The position numbers were made by a program, and so were the translations under genes. The notes beneath the pieces were generated by a model, which worked only from the letters and a program-made list of their open reading frames with translations, had not been told where the DNA came from and made no database searches. This document shows positions 45,211 to 54,831 of a stretch of DNA of 64,000 nt, in pieces. Origin of the DNA: Calditrichaceae bacterium. GTDB taxonomy: Bacteria > Calditrichota > Calditrichia > Calditrichales > JBFXGD01. The stretch covers positions 128,001 to 192,000 of the forward strand of contig JBFXLE010000005.1 of NCBI GenBank assembly GCA_050173015.1, in the 5' to 3' direction. How positions within the stretch are numbered: the stretch's first letter is position 1; each line of letters opens with the position of its first letter.

Positions 45211-46203
45211 ATGAAAAAGCGACTATTGTTAATATTTATCCTCGCGGGTATAGCGTTTTCCGTGTGGAGCTGCGATGTGGAAAGATCGGAACCGATCAAC
45301 TCGAAAATGGCTGAACAACTGGCTATGCTGCCTCAAAATGCTGATGGTCTTATGTATATCAATGCTGAAAAGATTATTAAAAGTAAATTTTTTAATTTAA
45401 TGATGGATAGCGCGGGATATTGCCTGGAAGACAACAAGGACTTCAAGGAAATGGAGGATCTGACAGGATTTAATATAAGAACAGACGCCAGGGAAGCATA
45501 TTTTACGTATTCAGCCACAAAGGACACGCTGGGCGATAAATTTCTTGCAGTGGTTACCGGTCGCTATAATGAATCCAAGATAATGGAGTTTATCCATCAA
45601 AATAAGAATGGGGCAGATATTCTCTACGAAGAGTTCGAAGGAATAAAAATATATTATTTCTCCGGCAAAGATATCCAATTCTGCTTTCCGGATCAGGAGA
45701 CATTTGTTTTCGGGCATAAAAAAACAATCAGATCGTGGATAGAAAAATTAAAAGCCGGCGCGTATAAAAAACCGGGTGGCAAATGGTTTGATGTGGTTAA
45801 AGACATAAAATATAAAAACGGCATATATTTTACAATGGATCCAAAGGGAGTGGTCGATCAAATGATGTCGGAAATGAAACGATTTGATGATTCACAAAAG
45901 TTTGAGGCGTTTAAGTCCGTGGAAAATATAAGTTTCTCAATGGATATGGATGATAAACTCAGATTTGACGGGTGGGGAAACTTCGGAAATAAGGAAACTG
46001 CCGAATTGTTTTTTGATTCGGCAAAAGGATTACTTGCAACCCTAAAATTATCGGTTAGCGGTGACCGTGACGCCGTAGATGTGGTTAATAAAGTGAAGAT
46101 CGCGCAGAAAAAAGAAAGTGTTCAGGTGAAGTTTGAAATCACGGGAGAAGACGCGCGAAAGCTGATTTCCCGCGGCCAATTCCCAAAATTCGCCATAAAG
46201 TAA
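45211..46203 (+). CDS. Hypothetical lipoprotein
   Basis: Signal ending VWSC; AGGAGG RBS. Confidence 0.65.
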   Translation: MKKRLLLIFILAGIAFSVWSCDVERSEPINSKMAEQLAMLPQNADGLMYINAEKIIKSKFFNLMMDSAGYCLEDNKDFKEMEDLTGFNIRTDAREAYFTYSATKDTLGDKFLAVVTGRYNESKIMEFIHQNKNGADILYEEFEGIKIYYFSGKDIQFCFPDQETFVFGHKKTIRSWIEKLKAGAYKKPGGKWFDVVKDIKYKNGIYFTMDPKGVVDQMMSEMKRFDDSQKFEAFKSVENISFSMDMDDKLRFDGWGNFGNKETAELFFDSAKGLLATLKLSVSGDRDAVDVVNKVKIAQKKESVQVKFEITGEDARKLISRGQFPKFAIK

Positions 46204-46211
46204 ACTCCAAT

Positions 46212-46254
46212 ACAATCCCGGCGATTTTTTCATAATTCCGGGATTGTTTTTTTT
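46212..46254 (+). terminator. Intrinsic terminator
   Basis: ACAATCCCGG / CCGGGATTGT plus T-tract. Confidence 0.7.
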
Positions 46255-46424
46255 ATCACCTATCCCAATAGCCATTTTTTTATCACTTCCACAGTTTTAC
46301 ACAAAAAATTCATAAAACTATAAAGTTGTCGAAGATCATAGATATTTCGATCCTGCCCGGGTATTTTAATCAAAGGTAAGGTTTGGTTTGCATATTTTTC
46401 GGTTTCATTTATGGAGGATTTATC

Positions 46425-47840
46425 ATGAGAACAAGGCTAATCATATTGTTATCGGCCGGAATTTTTATTTTTGGATGTGAGAATGACTCAACTTCTCCAA
46501 AGGCAACTCTGGAGATTGATGCTGTTGTCGAACAGTCCGCGTCGGTGGGTTGGGAAGTAAACAGAATGGCGGGCAGCAGTAATGAAATTGCATCTCTGAC
46601 CGGTGAAAGTGATTATGCCGGTGATACGGAGATTGGAAATTTCAACAGCGCGGCAAAGATGAAGACTCAGGCTGTAAATATGAAAATTGAAGCAGCGGAA
46701 TATCTCCCCAACCGGATGAGTCTGAGTAAGACCACCGGCGATTCTCTATACTATTTCGAGGAATCAATCAATGAAATGACCGGCTTTGGGGTGCGTAAGG
46801 CTCTTTATTATAATTCTGAAACGGGTATCGCAAGATTTTATGAAACGATTTTTCAATTTCCAAACTGGATGAATCTGGAGTATGATTCAAGTGAAATCCA
46901 AATAAACACCAATTATACATTGGAAGATGATTCGGATGATTATCTCGAGAGTCTATATAAAATTCAAAATTTCAAAGATACCTTCTTTATAGATTATATT
47001 GAATCCGCATTGACGGTTACCGACCACGAGGGGAATGACATCAAGGCATTTACGGCGTCTATGGATGCCTATTATAATGAAGGGATGAATCTTTCTCATC
47101 TTCGCCAGTCAATGGTAATAAATATTGATCAATCGGGCACTTTGCGGGAAGATTTTGAATTTCGCGATGGTAAAACCGCCTATAACAGCGTCACTTTTTA
47201 CGCAAATCATACCGGTGAATTTTCAAAATTGCTGAGAAACGGGACATTGATTTCCGGAACGTTTGACAGTGTGGAAGATGACCTTAGCGGGTTCTATAGT
47301 GAAATGATCAATTTTCCCGAAGGTTCATATATTGATCAAATTAATCGCTCAGCGGGGATAGAAATCACCTTACCTGATTCCATTCTGAATATCACGCTGA
47401 GGGAAGCGATCTATTTTGAATCCGGCAACATCGACTCATCGAGCGCGGATATAACAGTCCAAAATATCGACGGAGTTAAAATCACGGTCATAGATCTAAC
47501 AAAATCCAATTCTGCTAACGGCACGATCACCATCGTGGAGCAAGATACGGAAAGCTCACTCAGCGGAAACTGGACAACCAGGGATAATTATTATATTGTC
47601 TTTGAAGCCGAATCATATTTTGACGGCAGTTCTCATCTATACTATGAAGTATATCTAAATGAGGAAGCTTACAATAACGGTGATACGGCGCTTATTACCG
47701 GAGATTATAATTTCTCACCGGATCAAACCGGTCAGGGAACGCTCACCTATGGCGGGAAAACATACCTGATATCATTTAGCGACGCCGCCCGGGCAGAGAT
47801 TAGTTCCGGCGGTGAATCGGCGAGTATTAGTTTATTCTAA
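46425..47840 (+). CDS. Hypothetical acidic lipoprotein
   Basis: ATG at 46425 after GGAGG; signal ending IFGC. Confidence 0.65.
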   Translation: MRTRLIILLSAGIFIFGCENDSTSPKATLEIDAVVEQSASVGWEVNRMAGSSNEIASLTGESDYAGDTEIGNFNSAAKMKTQAVNMKIEAAEYLPNRMSLSKTTGDSLYYFEESINEMTGFGVRKALYYNSETGIARFYETIFQFPNWMNLEYDSSEIQINTNYTLEDDSDDYLESLYKIQNFKDTFFIDYIESALTVTDHEGNDIKAFTASMDAYYNEGMNLSHLRQSMVINIDQSGTLREDFEFRDGKTAYNSVTFYANHTGEFSKLLRNGTLISGTFDSVEDDLSGFYSEMINFPEGSYIDQINRSAGIEITLPDSILNITLREAIYFESGNIDSSSADITVQNIDGVKITVIDLTKSNSANGTITIVEQDTESSLSGNWTTRDNYYIVFEAESYFDGSSHLYYEVYLNEEAYNNGDTALITGDYNFSPDQTGQGTLTYGGKTYLISFSDAARAEISSGGESASISLF

Positions 47841-47853
47841 TAAAAAAAACATG

Positions 47854-47881
47854 GGCGGATGCAATAGTATCCGCCTTTTTT
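47854..47881 (+). terminator. Intrinsic terminator
   Basis: GGCGGATGC / GTATCCGCC plus T6. Confidence 0.7.
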
Positions 47882-48100
47882 GTGTTAGCTATAATCTTAA
47901 ATTCTATTTGGCAAAGAAACATCATACAGTAATAATATTTTTCATATAAAACAAAGCCGGGATGAATGCGTATATTATTCAGGAGCTGTAATTGAAATAA
48001 TGATCGAATAATATAAAAATATATATTTGTCCAAAGCAGGATAACTCATCATCCAGACGCGGTTTTTAGTTCTCAGTTTAATAAATTCTGGAGTAACCGG

Positions 48101-49171
48101 ATGAAGTGGATGCTAAGAAACATTGTTATTTTTTTGATGTTGGCGACTACCATTAGCTGTGTCAATCGGATTCACCGATACGAGGGTAATCAGATTGTTG
48201 ACGGCAAGTACGATTCAGAGTATCCCACACGTCCGGTTTCTGAACATCTGGAAAAACTCACAAAAAGCGTAAAATTAATAAGTATTTTTTCAATTTATGG
48301 AAGTTATGATATTTATGGTGACAGAAATTTAAGAAAAGAAGGACTGTCACACGCGGATATAAAAACAAACGCGACCTATCATTACATTTTTGAAAAACCG
48401 GCGACCGGAACGGCGACAATAATTTACGCGGATGATAATAAGATAGCCATGCTCACCTGCGCCCATGTGGTAAATTTTCCGGATACGGTATTCAGTTATT
48501 TTAAAGATAAATTTGGTAAAGACACGCCATATATTCGAAATGTATCGATCAAAGAAAGACAAAATATTCATATTCATGATGTGCCGGCATATAAGAATTT
48601 TGAAATAATAGCAATTGACTCAGAAGAAGATATCGCGTTAATCGGTTTTACTCTTGAATATAACCGTCCCGCTGAACTCATACCGGTCTTAAATTCTCCC
48701 ACCGGACGCGCGGAGGAGCTTGACTGGGGTACAAGGGTATATTTGATCGGATATCCGAGGGGTAAGAAAATCGTTTCAAACAATATGGTTAGCAGTCCGA
48801 ACCGGGATAAGAAACAAGGATTTATAATAGATTCAGTTTCTCCAAGGGGAATCAGCGGGGGACTGATCTTTGCGGTTCGGGACGGGGTACCGAATTTTGA
48901 AGTAGTGGGGATGGCCAGCGCTGTCGCTGCAGAATCAATGTACTACTTGAGCCCGGAAAAAAACTTTAAAATGTCTGATTATGATGCCCTTCACACTTAT
49001 GACGGTGATGCTTTTGTCCAAACCTATGATTCGGTGTTTTATGGTATCACGTATGCTCTTTCAATTGAATCAGTTTTAAAATTCATCAAGGAAAATGAAC
49101 CGGCGATCCGATCAAAAGGTTACAATCCGGACCGTTTTTTTGGCGGGAATATCAACTTTGAAAGAAATTAA
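48101..49171 (+). CDS. Trypsin-like serine protease lipoprotein
   Basis: Signal ending TISC; LTCAHV, DIAL, GYP, GISGG. Confidence 0.8.
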   Translation: MKWMLRNIVIFLMLATTISCVNRIHRYEGNQIVDGKYDSEYPTRPVSEHLEKLTKSVKLISIFSIYGSYDIYGDRNLRKEGLSHADIKTNATYHYIFEKPATGTATIIYADDNKIAMLTCAHVVNFPDTVFSYFKDKFGKDTPYIRNVSIKERQNIHIHDVPAYKNFEIIAIDSEEDIALIGFTLEYNRPAELIPVLNSPTGRAEELDWGTRVYLIGYPRGKKIVSNNMVSSPNRDKKQGFIIDSVSPRGISGGLIFAVRDGVPNFEVVGMASAVAAESMYYLSPEKNFKMSDYDALHTYDGDAFVQTYDSVFYGITYALSIESVLKFIKENEPAIRSKGYNPDRFFGGNINFERN

Positions 49172-49287
49172 TCATTTCTTTAGAGTGCATGGAGAATTAA
49201 GGTCCGGCGGGGCAAACTTGAAAGTTTGAACTTATAAAATTATATTTAGCCTATGTAAGGCTTAAATAATTTTGCAGGATAATTTAA

Positions 49288-49947
49288 TTGAGAATCGTAG
49301 CATTCAGCGACACTCATGGTTACCATGATCAAATCAAAATTCCCGACGGAGATATATTAATTTTTGCGGGAGATATGTGCACAAAAAGATCTTTGGAAAG
49401 CATTGAAAAGTTTAATCATTTTTTGGGAAGTTTGCCGCATACTCATAAGATTGTAATTGCCGGAAATCATGATTTCCCATTTGAACGCGAACCCGTTGAA
49501 GCAAGAAAACTTATAACAAACGCCATTTATCTTCAGGATCAATCAACTGTAATAGAAGGAATTCATTTTTACGGATCGCCCTGGCAACCCTGGTTTTTTG
49601 ACTGGGCGTTTAATTTGAAAAGAGGGCAGGCGTTAAAAGAAAAATGGGATCTTATCTCTTCCGACACGGATATTCTGATTACACACAGTCCTCCTTTCGG
49701 AGTTCTTGATCTGGTAGGCCATAAACATGTCGGATGCGAAGAACTGACCGCCGCTCTGATGAGAATTAAACCCAAATATCATATTTTCGGCCATATCCAT
49801 GAAGGTTATGGCACAAAAGAAATGAATGGAACAACATTTATCAATGCCGCCATATGCAACGGCCGTTTTGCTCCTGAGAATAAGCCGATGATTATTGACT
49901 ATAAACCGTCACATATCACCCGCCCGGATGCCGCCGCGTCTATCTGA
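49288..49947 (+). CDS. Calcineurin-like metallophosphoesterase
   Basis: SDTH, AGD, GNHD, THSPP, GHIHE. Confidence 0.9.
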   Translation: MRIVAFSDTHGYHDQIKIPDGDILIFAGDMCTKRSLESIEKFNHFLGSLPHTHKIVIAGNHDFPFEREPVEARKLITNAIYLQDQSTVIEGIHFYGSPWQPWFFDWAFNLKRGQALKEKWDLISSDTDILITHSPPFGVLDLVGHKHVGCEELTAALMRIKPKYHIFGHIHEGYGTKEMNGTTFINAAICNGRFAPENKPMIIDYKPSHITRPDAAASI

Positions 49948-49955
49948 ATAAACGT

Positions 49956-50408
49956 TTAATCAGCACCTTCGAATAAGGCTCTTAAATTAAGCGAGGGCGC
50001 TTTTTTGTTGGCCGCGAGAGAAACATAAGTCTGGGCAAAATGTTCTTTTCCGGCGCCAAGCACGGTGCTGATCGTCCCAAGAGCCAATGCAAGTTCGTTT
50101 GGCGGGAAGCGCTTTACAATCTCATTCCAGATAATTTCTTCTAGTATATTAAACGCCGAGTGCACTTCATAAAGATCAAATCCTTCGGCATGCCGTTCAT
50201 TTGCTATTTTTTCTGTATAGCTAAGCATGGGAATGATCTGTTTTGATGAAACACATTCACTCATCACCGAGTAAAGCGATTCAATCCGCATGTGTGTTGT
50301 TTCCGCCGGGCTTTTCTCATAGTGCTTCAGACGGACACTTTTCAACATCTTAACGGCAGATTCAAGAAGACTCTGTTTTTCTGATTTTAGTACTGTATTT
50401 AAATCCAT
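49956..50408 (-). CDS. Hypothetical protein (possible RsbRD N-terminal-like helical domain)
   Basis: IANERHAEGFDLYEV pattern; AAGGA RBS. Confidence 0.55.
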   Translation of the reverse strand: MDLNTVLKSEKQSLLESAVKMLKSVRLKHYEKSPAETTHMRIESLYSVMSECVSSKQIIPMLSYTEKIANERHAEGFDLYEVHSAFNILEEIIWNEIVKRFPPNELALALGTISTVLGAGKEHFAQTYVSLAANKKAPSLNLRALFEGAD

Positions 50409-50517
50409 AATGATCCTTTTTAATGTGTGATTAAAGTAAGAATAATTTCACAAATTCAGACATCAAATGGAAGTAATTATTTTTTTTTTGGATATGAAAA
50501 GGGGTGAGAATTTACGA

Positions 50518-51153
50518 TCAGAAACTACCTTTGTGGCCATTGCTTAAATAATAATGCCAGATCATTCTGGCTGCCACGGCCCTCCATGGACGCCAGGGTT
50601 GAGCAAGGGTGGTCATTTCATCCCGTGATGGTTTTTTAGAAAAATTTTTTAATTTTTTCAGAGCGATTTGCAGCGCTAAATCTCCGTCAGGCCAAATATC
50701 CGGACGCCTTAAAGCCATTAAAAGATAGATATCTACAGTCCAAGGACCAATTCCTTTTAGTTTGAGTAATTCTATCCTCGCGGGTTCATTTTCGAGGGTG
50801 TTTATATCTTCAAGGCTGATGTTCCCGGCCAAAATTGAATCAGCTAAATTCCTGCAATACAGAGTCTTTTGGCGGCTGAATCCAATGGCTTTTAGTTCCG
50901 TGTCATTTAATGTGATGAAATTCTCGGGTGTAATTGATTCTATCGCTTCATGCAACTTATCGAAGGCCGCTTTGGCGGAAGCCAGTGACACCTGCTGTTC
51001 CAATATGATATGAACCAGGGTTGAAAAACCGGGATCTCTGGTCCACATCGGCGGGCGGCCGAACTGAAGATAAATTCTGTTTAGATCCGGATCTGCTTTA
51101 CATAGAAAGCTTAATCCTTCATCGAAAGTTTGTGTGTTTAGTGAATTGATCAT
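50518..51153 (-). CDS. DNA-3-methyladenine glycosylase II (AlkA family)
   Basis: ILEQQVS, LKGIGPWT (HhH), WPDGDL, WRPWR. Confidence 0.9.
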   Translation of the reverse strand: MINSLNTQTFDEGLSFLCKADPDLNRIYLQFGRPPMWTRDPGFSTLVHIILEQQVSLASAKAAFDKLHEAIESITPENFITLNDTELKAIGFSRQKTLYCRNLADSILAGNISLEDINTLENEPARIELLKLKGIGPWTVDIYLLMALRRPDIWPDGDLALQIALKKLKNFSKKPSRDEMTTLAQPWRPWRAVAARMIWHYYLSNGHKGSF

Positions 51154-51203
51154 TTATTTTCTTTTTGAAAAACCGAAATTCATAGCTGAGCGCAATATTC
51201 TGA

Positions 51204-52049
51204 TCAGACAGAAGTCGTCATATCTGAACGCCTGGCCGCTTCCCAGCCCAATATAGCTTTTTTACGGGCGGCGCCCCAATGATAATTACCAATCCGTCCC
51301 ATTTTTTGTATAACCCGGTGGCATGGGATGAGGTAGCTGACCGGATTTGATCCGACCGCGTTGCCAACCGCCCGGCTGGATGAAGGGTGCCCGATTTTGC
51401 GGGCTATATCATCATAGGAAGCCAGGCCGCCATCCGGAATTTTCAAAAGAGCCTCCCAGACTTTTATCTGAAAATTTGTTCCTTTCACATATAGTTTCAG
51501 CGGAACCGGATCAGCCTTGTTTACAAATATTTTATTAAAATAACTGGAAGTTATTTCCGGGTTTTCAATAATCACGGCATTGGGCCAGTTTTTTCTTAAG
51601 GTCGTTAATCCCTCTTCCTTGCCGTACTCATCATGAAAAGATAAACCGCAGATACCTCTGCCGGTTACGGCAATCAGGCAGCAGCCAAACGGACTTTCAT
51701 GAAAACCATAATTAATCTTAAGTCCGGATCCTTTAATCTTATATTCGCCGGGTGTGACGGCGTCAATAGTTATAAACAGGTCGTGCAGCCGGCCCGGGCC
51801 GGACAGTCCGGAGTCATAGGCGGCATCCAGAACACTGCGTGATTCAGCAAGCGCTTTTCTGGCGTGATCTATAGTCAGGAATTGTAAAAAACGTTTGGGA
51901 CTAATCCCTACCCATTGCTTAAATACTTTTTGCAGGTGGAATGAACTTATTCCAAGACCTGCTGACAATTCTTCCAACCCGGGCTGTTCACGAAAATGAT
52001 CATCCAGATACAGGATGGTTTTTTCTATCAAATCATATTGAGATAACAC
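51204..52049 (-). CDS. AraC-HTH + methylated-DNA-protein-cysteine methyltransferase (Ada-like)
   Basis: HLQKVFKQWVGISPK, GTNFQ..VW, IPCHRV. Confidence 0.9.
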   Translation of the reverse strand: MLSQYDLIEKTILYLDDHFREQPGLEELSAGLGISSFHLQKVFKQWVGISPKRFLQFLTIDHARKALAESRSVLDAAYDSGLSGPGRLHDLFITIDAVTPGEYKIKGSGLKINYGFHESPFGCCLIAVTGRGICGLSFHDEYGKEEGLTTLRKNWPNAVIIENPEITSSYFNKIFVNKADPVPLKLYVKGTNFQIKVWEALLKIPDGGLASYDDIARKIGHPSSSRAVGNAVGSNPVSYLIPCHRVIQKMGRIGNYHWGAARKKAILGWEAARRSDMTTSV

Positions 52050-52158
52050 AATTTTTTCTCCACGTTCTTTAACATGGTGAAAAATAACAAATCTGAATAT
52101 TCAAAATCCACCCGATTCTTGTGTATTGTAAAAAAAGCAGATGAGACGGTTGCAATGA

Positions 52159-52944
52159 TTAATCGTCATTACGTTGCACTCTGCCGGCAACATTTGTGAT
52201 ATCGAGTCCCCCGCTGCCGGAATCATCAATGATCACATCTTTTCCCACATCATCAATAATCACAGAACCCGAACCGTCATCAATCCTGACGTTGCCGCCT
52301 ATCTGACTGATATACATATTGCCGCTTCCGTCATCCAGGGTAACGTTTCCCCGGACGTTCTTTATTTTAACATGACCCGAACCGTCGTCAATATCGGCGT
52401 TTCCGGAAACATCATCAATCTCCAGATCTCCTGACCCGTCATCTATAAGCAAATTTCCGCCAACACCGCGTACCGTCAAATCACCGGAGCCGTCATCGAT
52501 CTCAACATCGGAGTTCATGTCGTTGATTTCAATGTACCCCGAACCGTCATCGACATATAACCTTAATGACGCGGGCGTTTTAACCGTCAGATTGACTTGA
52601 ATATCGGGATTTTTATCAAGAATGGTAGAGAAAAATGAGTGACCGTCTGAATTAATCTCACTCCGGAGAACCGCCTGACGGCCTTCCTTCACCAGCTCCA
52701 GCTTGAGATACTTTTCAAGATACTGCTTTATTTCTTTTCCGTCGCCATTCATGCTGACAATCTCGGCGTTTACCTGAATTTCTTTCAGATCTTTATCACC
52801 CTGAACTTTTAGAAATCCGGCGCCGCAGTAGATTGCTAATGATTCTAATCCATTGGCGGTTAAACTGAGTTTACGAGTGCCGGAATTATCAACAGCGAAT
52901 ACGGGTAGGGTAATCAAAATAAGAAGCCATATCATCGATTTCAT
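52159..52944 (-). CDS. Exported beta-solenoid repeat protein (DUF4097-like)
   Basis: Repeated IDDGSG units; ATG at 52944 with AAGGAG RBS and signal peptide. Confidence 0.75.
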   Translation of the reverse strand: MKSMIWLLILITLPVFAVDNSGTRKLSLTANGLESLAIYCGAGFLKVQGDKDLKEIQVNAEIVSMNGDGKEIKQYLEKYLKLELVKEGRQAVLRSEINSDGHSFFSTILDKNPDIQVNLTVKTPASLRLYVDDGSGYIEINDMNSDVEIDDGSGDLTVRGVGGNLLIDDGSGDLEIDDVSGNADIDDGSGHVKIKNVRGNVTLDDGSGNMYISQIGGNVRIDDGSGSVIIDDVGKDVIIDDSGSGGLDITNVAGRVQRNDD

Positions 52945-53063
52945 AATATCTCCTTTCAATTCATACAGTCTGCGGATAAGAAATTTGGAGTACATATTAA
53001 AAGAGTACGGGATAAATCGGAAAATGTTTGCTTCCATAAATAATATTTCCGGGATTCAGAATT

Positions 53064-54533
53064 CTATTTTAACAGTAGCATACGCCGGGTGGTTGTCATT
53101 GCTTTATCTGATCGAAGACGAACAAAATAGACACCGGATGGCACCAATTGCCCATTTTCATTTTTCCCGTTCCAGTAAACGGTATATCTGCCGGCGCTGA
53201 ATGTATTTCTGACCATATTTTTTACTAATTGTCCCCCAATACTGTATATATTCATTTCAAGTTCTGAGAGTCTATTTACGGTAAACGGAATAATGGTGCC
53301 CGGATTAAATGGATTAGGATAGTTGGGTTCAAGAATAAATATAGCCGGTTGTAAAACAGATGGATCATCAATGGATGTGGTTATCGTAGGTTTAAAACGG
53401 TAGATTTTCCCGTCAAACGCGCAAATATACAATTCATTATCCTGATCGATGCCAAAAGAAGAAATATTTACTGATGTGTCGATCAAAAGTGAATTTACAG
53501 CCGGATTCAGGCCGTCATAAAGGAGAGACCAGATTCGGCCGCTTACATAATCAGCATAAATGTATTTCCCCTGCAGTTCCGGGACCGTTTTTCCCCGGTA
53601 AACATAACCCCCCGAAACCGATGCTCCAGAACTTCGCCCATACTCCCATATCGGAAAAGTAAGTCCGGTTGTATCGCACCCGCTGGAAGGGTTATAACAG
53701 TGTGAAGCCTCCATGATCCGCCAGCCATAGTTTTTGCCTTTCGCAATAATATCGATTTCTTCGTAGGCGTTTTGTCCCACATCAGCGGCCCACAACAAAC
53801 CGGTGACAGAATCAAAACTGAATCGCCATGGATTTCTCAACCCAAAAGCGTATATCTCTTCTTTGTATCCTGATTGATTATTGTTAAAAGGATTGTCGGC
53901 GGGGATAGCATAGTTCATTGTATCGGAAACCTGATTTACATCAATCCTTAATATAGAACCGAGAAGAGTTGTTAAGTCCTGGCCGTTTCCGTTTGTTCCA
54001 TGCTGATCGCCTGATCCTCCGCCATCTCCCATAGCAATGTACAGATAACCATCCGGTCCAAAGGCAATCTGCCCGCCGTTGTGATTGCTTTCCGGCTGCG
54101 GGATCTCAAGAATGATCAATTCGCTGTTTTTTGCGGCGGAATCAGGATTTGTATCCGACACCTTAAACCTTGAAATCACCGTTCTTCTGGGAGAAGAAGC
54201 GGTATAATCCACAAAAAAATAACCGTTGTTTTTATAATCCGGATGAAAGGCTAATCCAAGCAATCCTTCCTCATTACCGGAGTCGTTGACATCGTCTTTG
54301 AGATTGATAAATTCACTTTTCCGGGTAACCGTGGAATCATTATCAAAGACATAAATAATTCCCTGCTGTTCAACCACAAAGATCCGGTTTGCGTCATCAT
54401 CCGCGGATTGCAGATCGACAGGGCGTATAAATGAAAGGTTGGGAAAAGCCTCAATCAGCTCAGACTGGGCGTAAACAGAGACCGTATTCAGAATAAAACA
54501 AATTATTAAAAGCATTAATCTAAAAAAATTCAT
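53064..54533 (-). CDS. PQQ-dependent sugar (glucose/sorbosone) dehydrogenase family protein with a FlgD-Ig/T9SS-like C-terminal domain
   Basis: GLLGLAFHP, NHNGG, GLRNPWR; NYPNPFNP ... WNGKN..G..VPSGVYF ... MLLLK. Confidence 0.88.
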   Translation of the reverse strand: MNFFRLMLLIICFILNTVSVYAQSELIEAFPNLSFIRPVDLQSADDDANRIFVVEQQGIIYVFDNDSTVTRKSEFINLKDDVNDSGNEEGLLGLAFHPDYKNNGYFFVDYTASSPRRTVISRFKVSDTNPDSAAKNSELIILEIPQPESNHNGGQIAFGPDGYLYIAMGDGGGSGDQHGTNGNGQDLTTLLGSILRIDVNQVSDTMNYAIPADNPFNNNQSGYKEEIYAFGLRNPWRFSFDSVTGLLWAADVGQNAYEEIDIIAKGKNYGWRIMEASHCYNPSSGCDTTGLTFPIWEYGRSSGASVSGGYVYRGKTVPELQGKYIYADYVSGRIWSLLYDGLNPAVNSLLIDTSVNISSFGIDQDNELYICAFDGKIYRFKPTITTSIDDPSVLQPAIFILEPNYPNPFNPGTIIPFTVNRLSELEMNIYSIGGQLVKNMVRNTFSAGRYTVYWNGKNENGQLVPSGVYFVRLRSDKAMTTTRRMLLLK

Positions 54534-54831
54534 ATCTTACCTTTCCATAAAATTGGACTGCCGGTGTATGGTTTTTGAATGAAAAAGGACCCAATTCCGG
54601 CAGATTATGGATCAATCACGGAATAAATTGCGGAAAATGAAGGGATTGATCAGCTTTTTTAAAAAAAAGTAATTAATTAAACCGGATATCCGATATAGAT
54701 ATTTCACAGAGGACAAGGAAAGTCCGTCAGACATTCGGGAATCCGCGTGAAAGAGATAATTTTATCTACATATTTAATGCATGATAATCATATAATAACT
54801 ACATGAAATTTTTTAATTAGCAGGAGGATGC

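Noticed and set aside
52159-52560. Nucleotide repeats (GAACCGTCATC-like)
   Set aside because: They simply encode the DDGSG protein repeats
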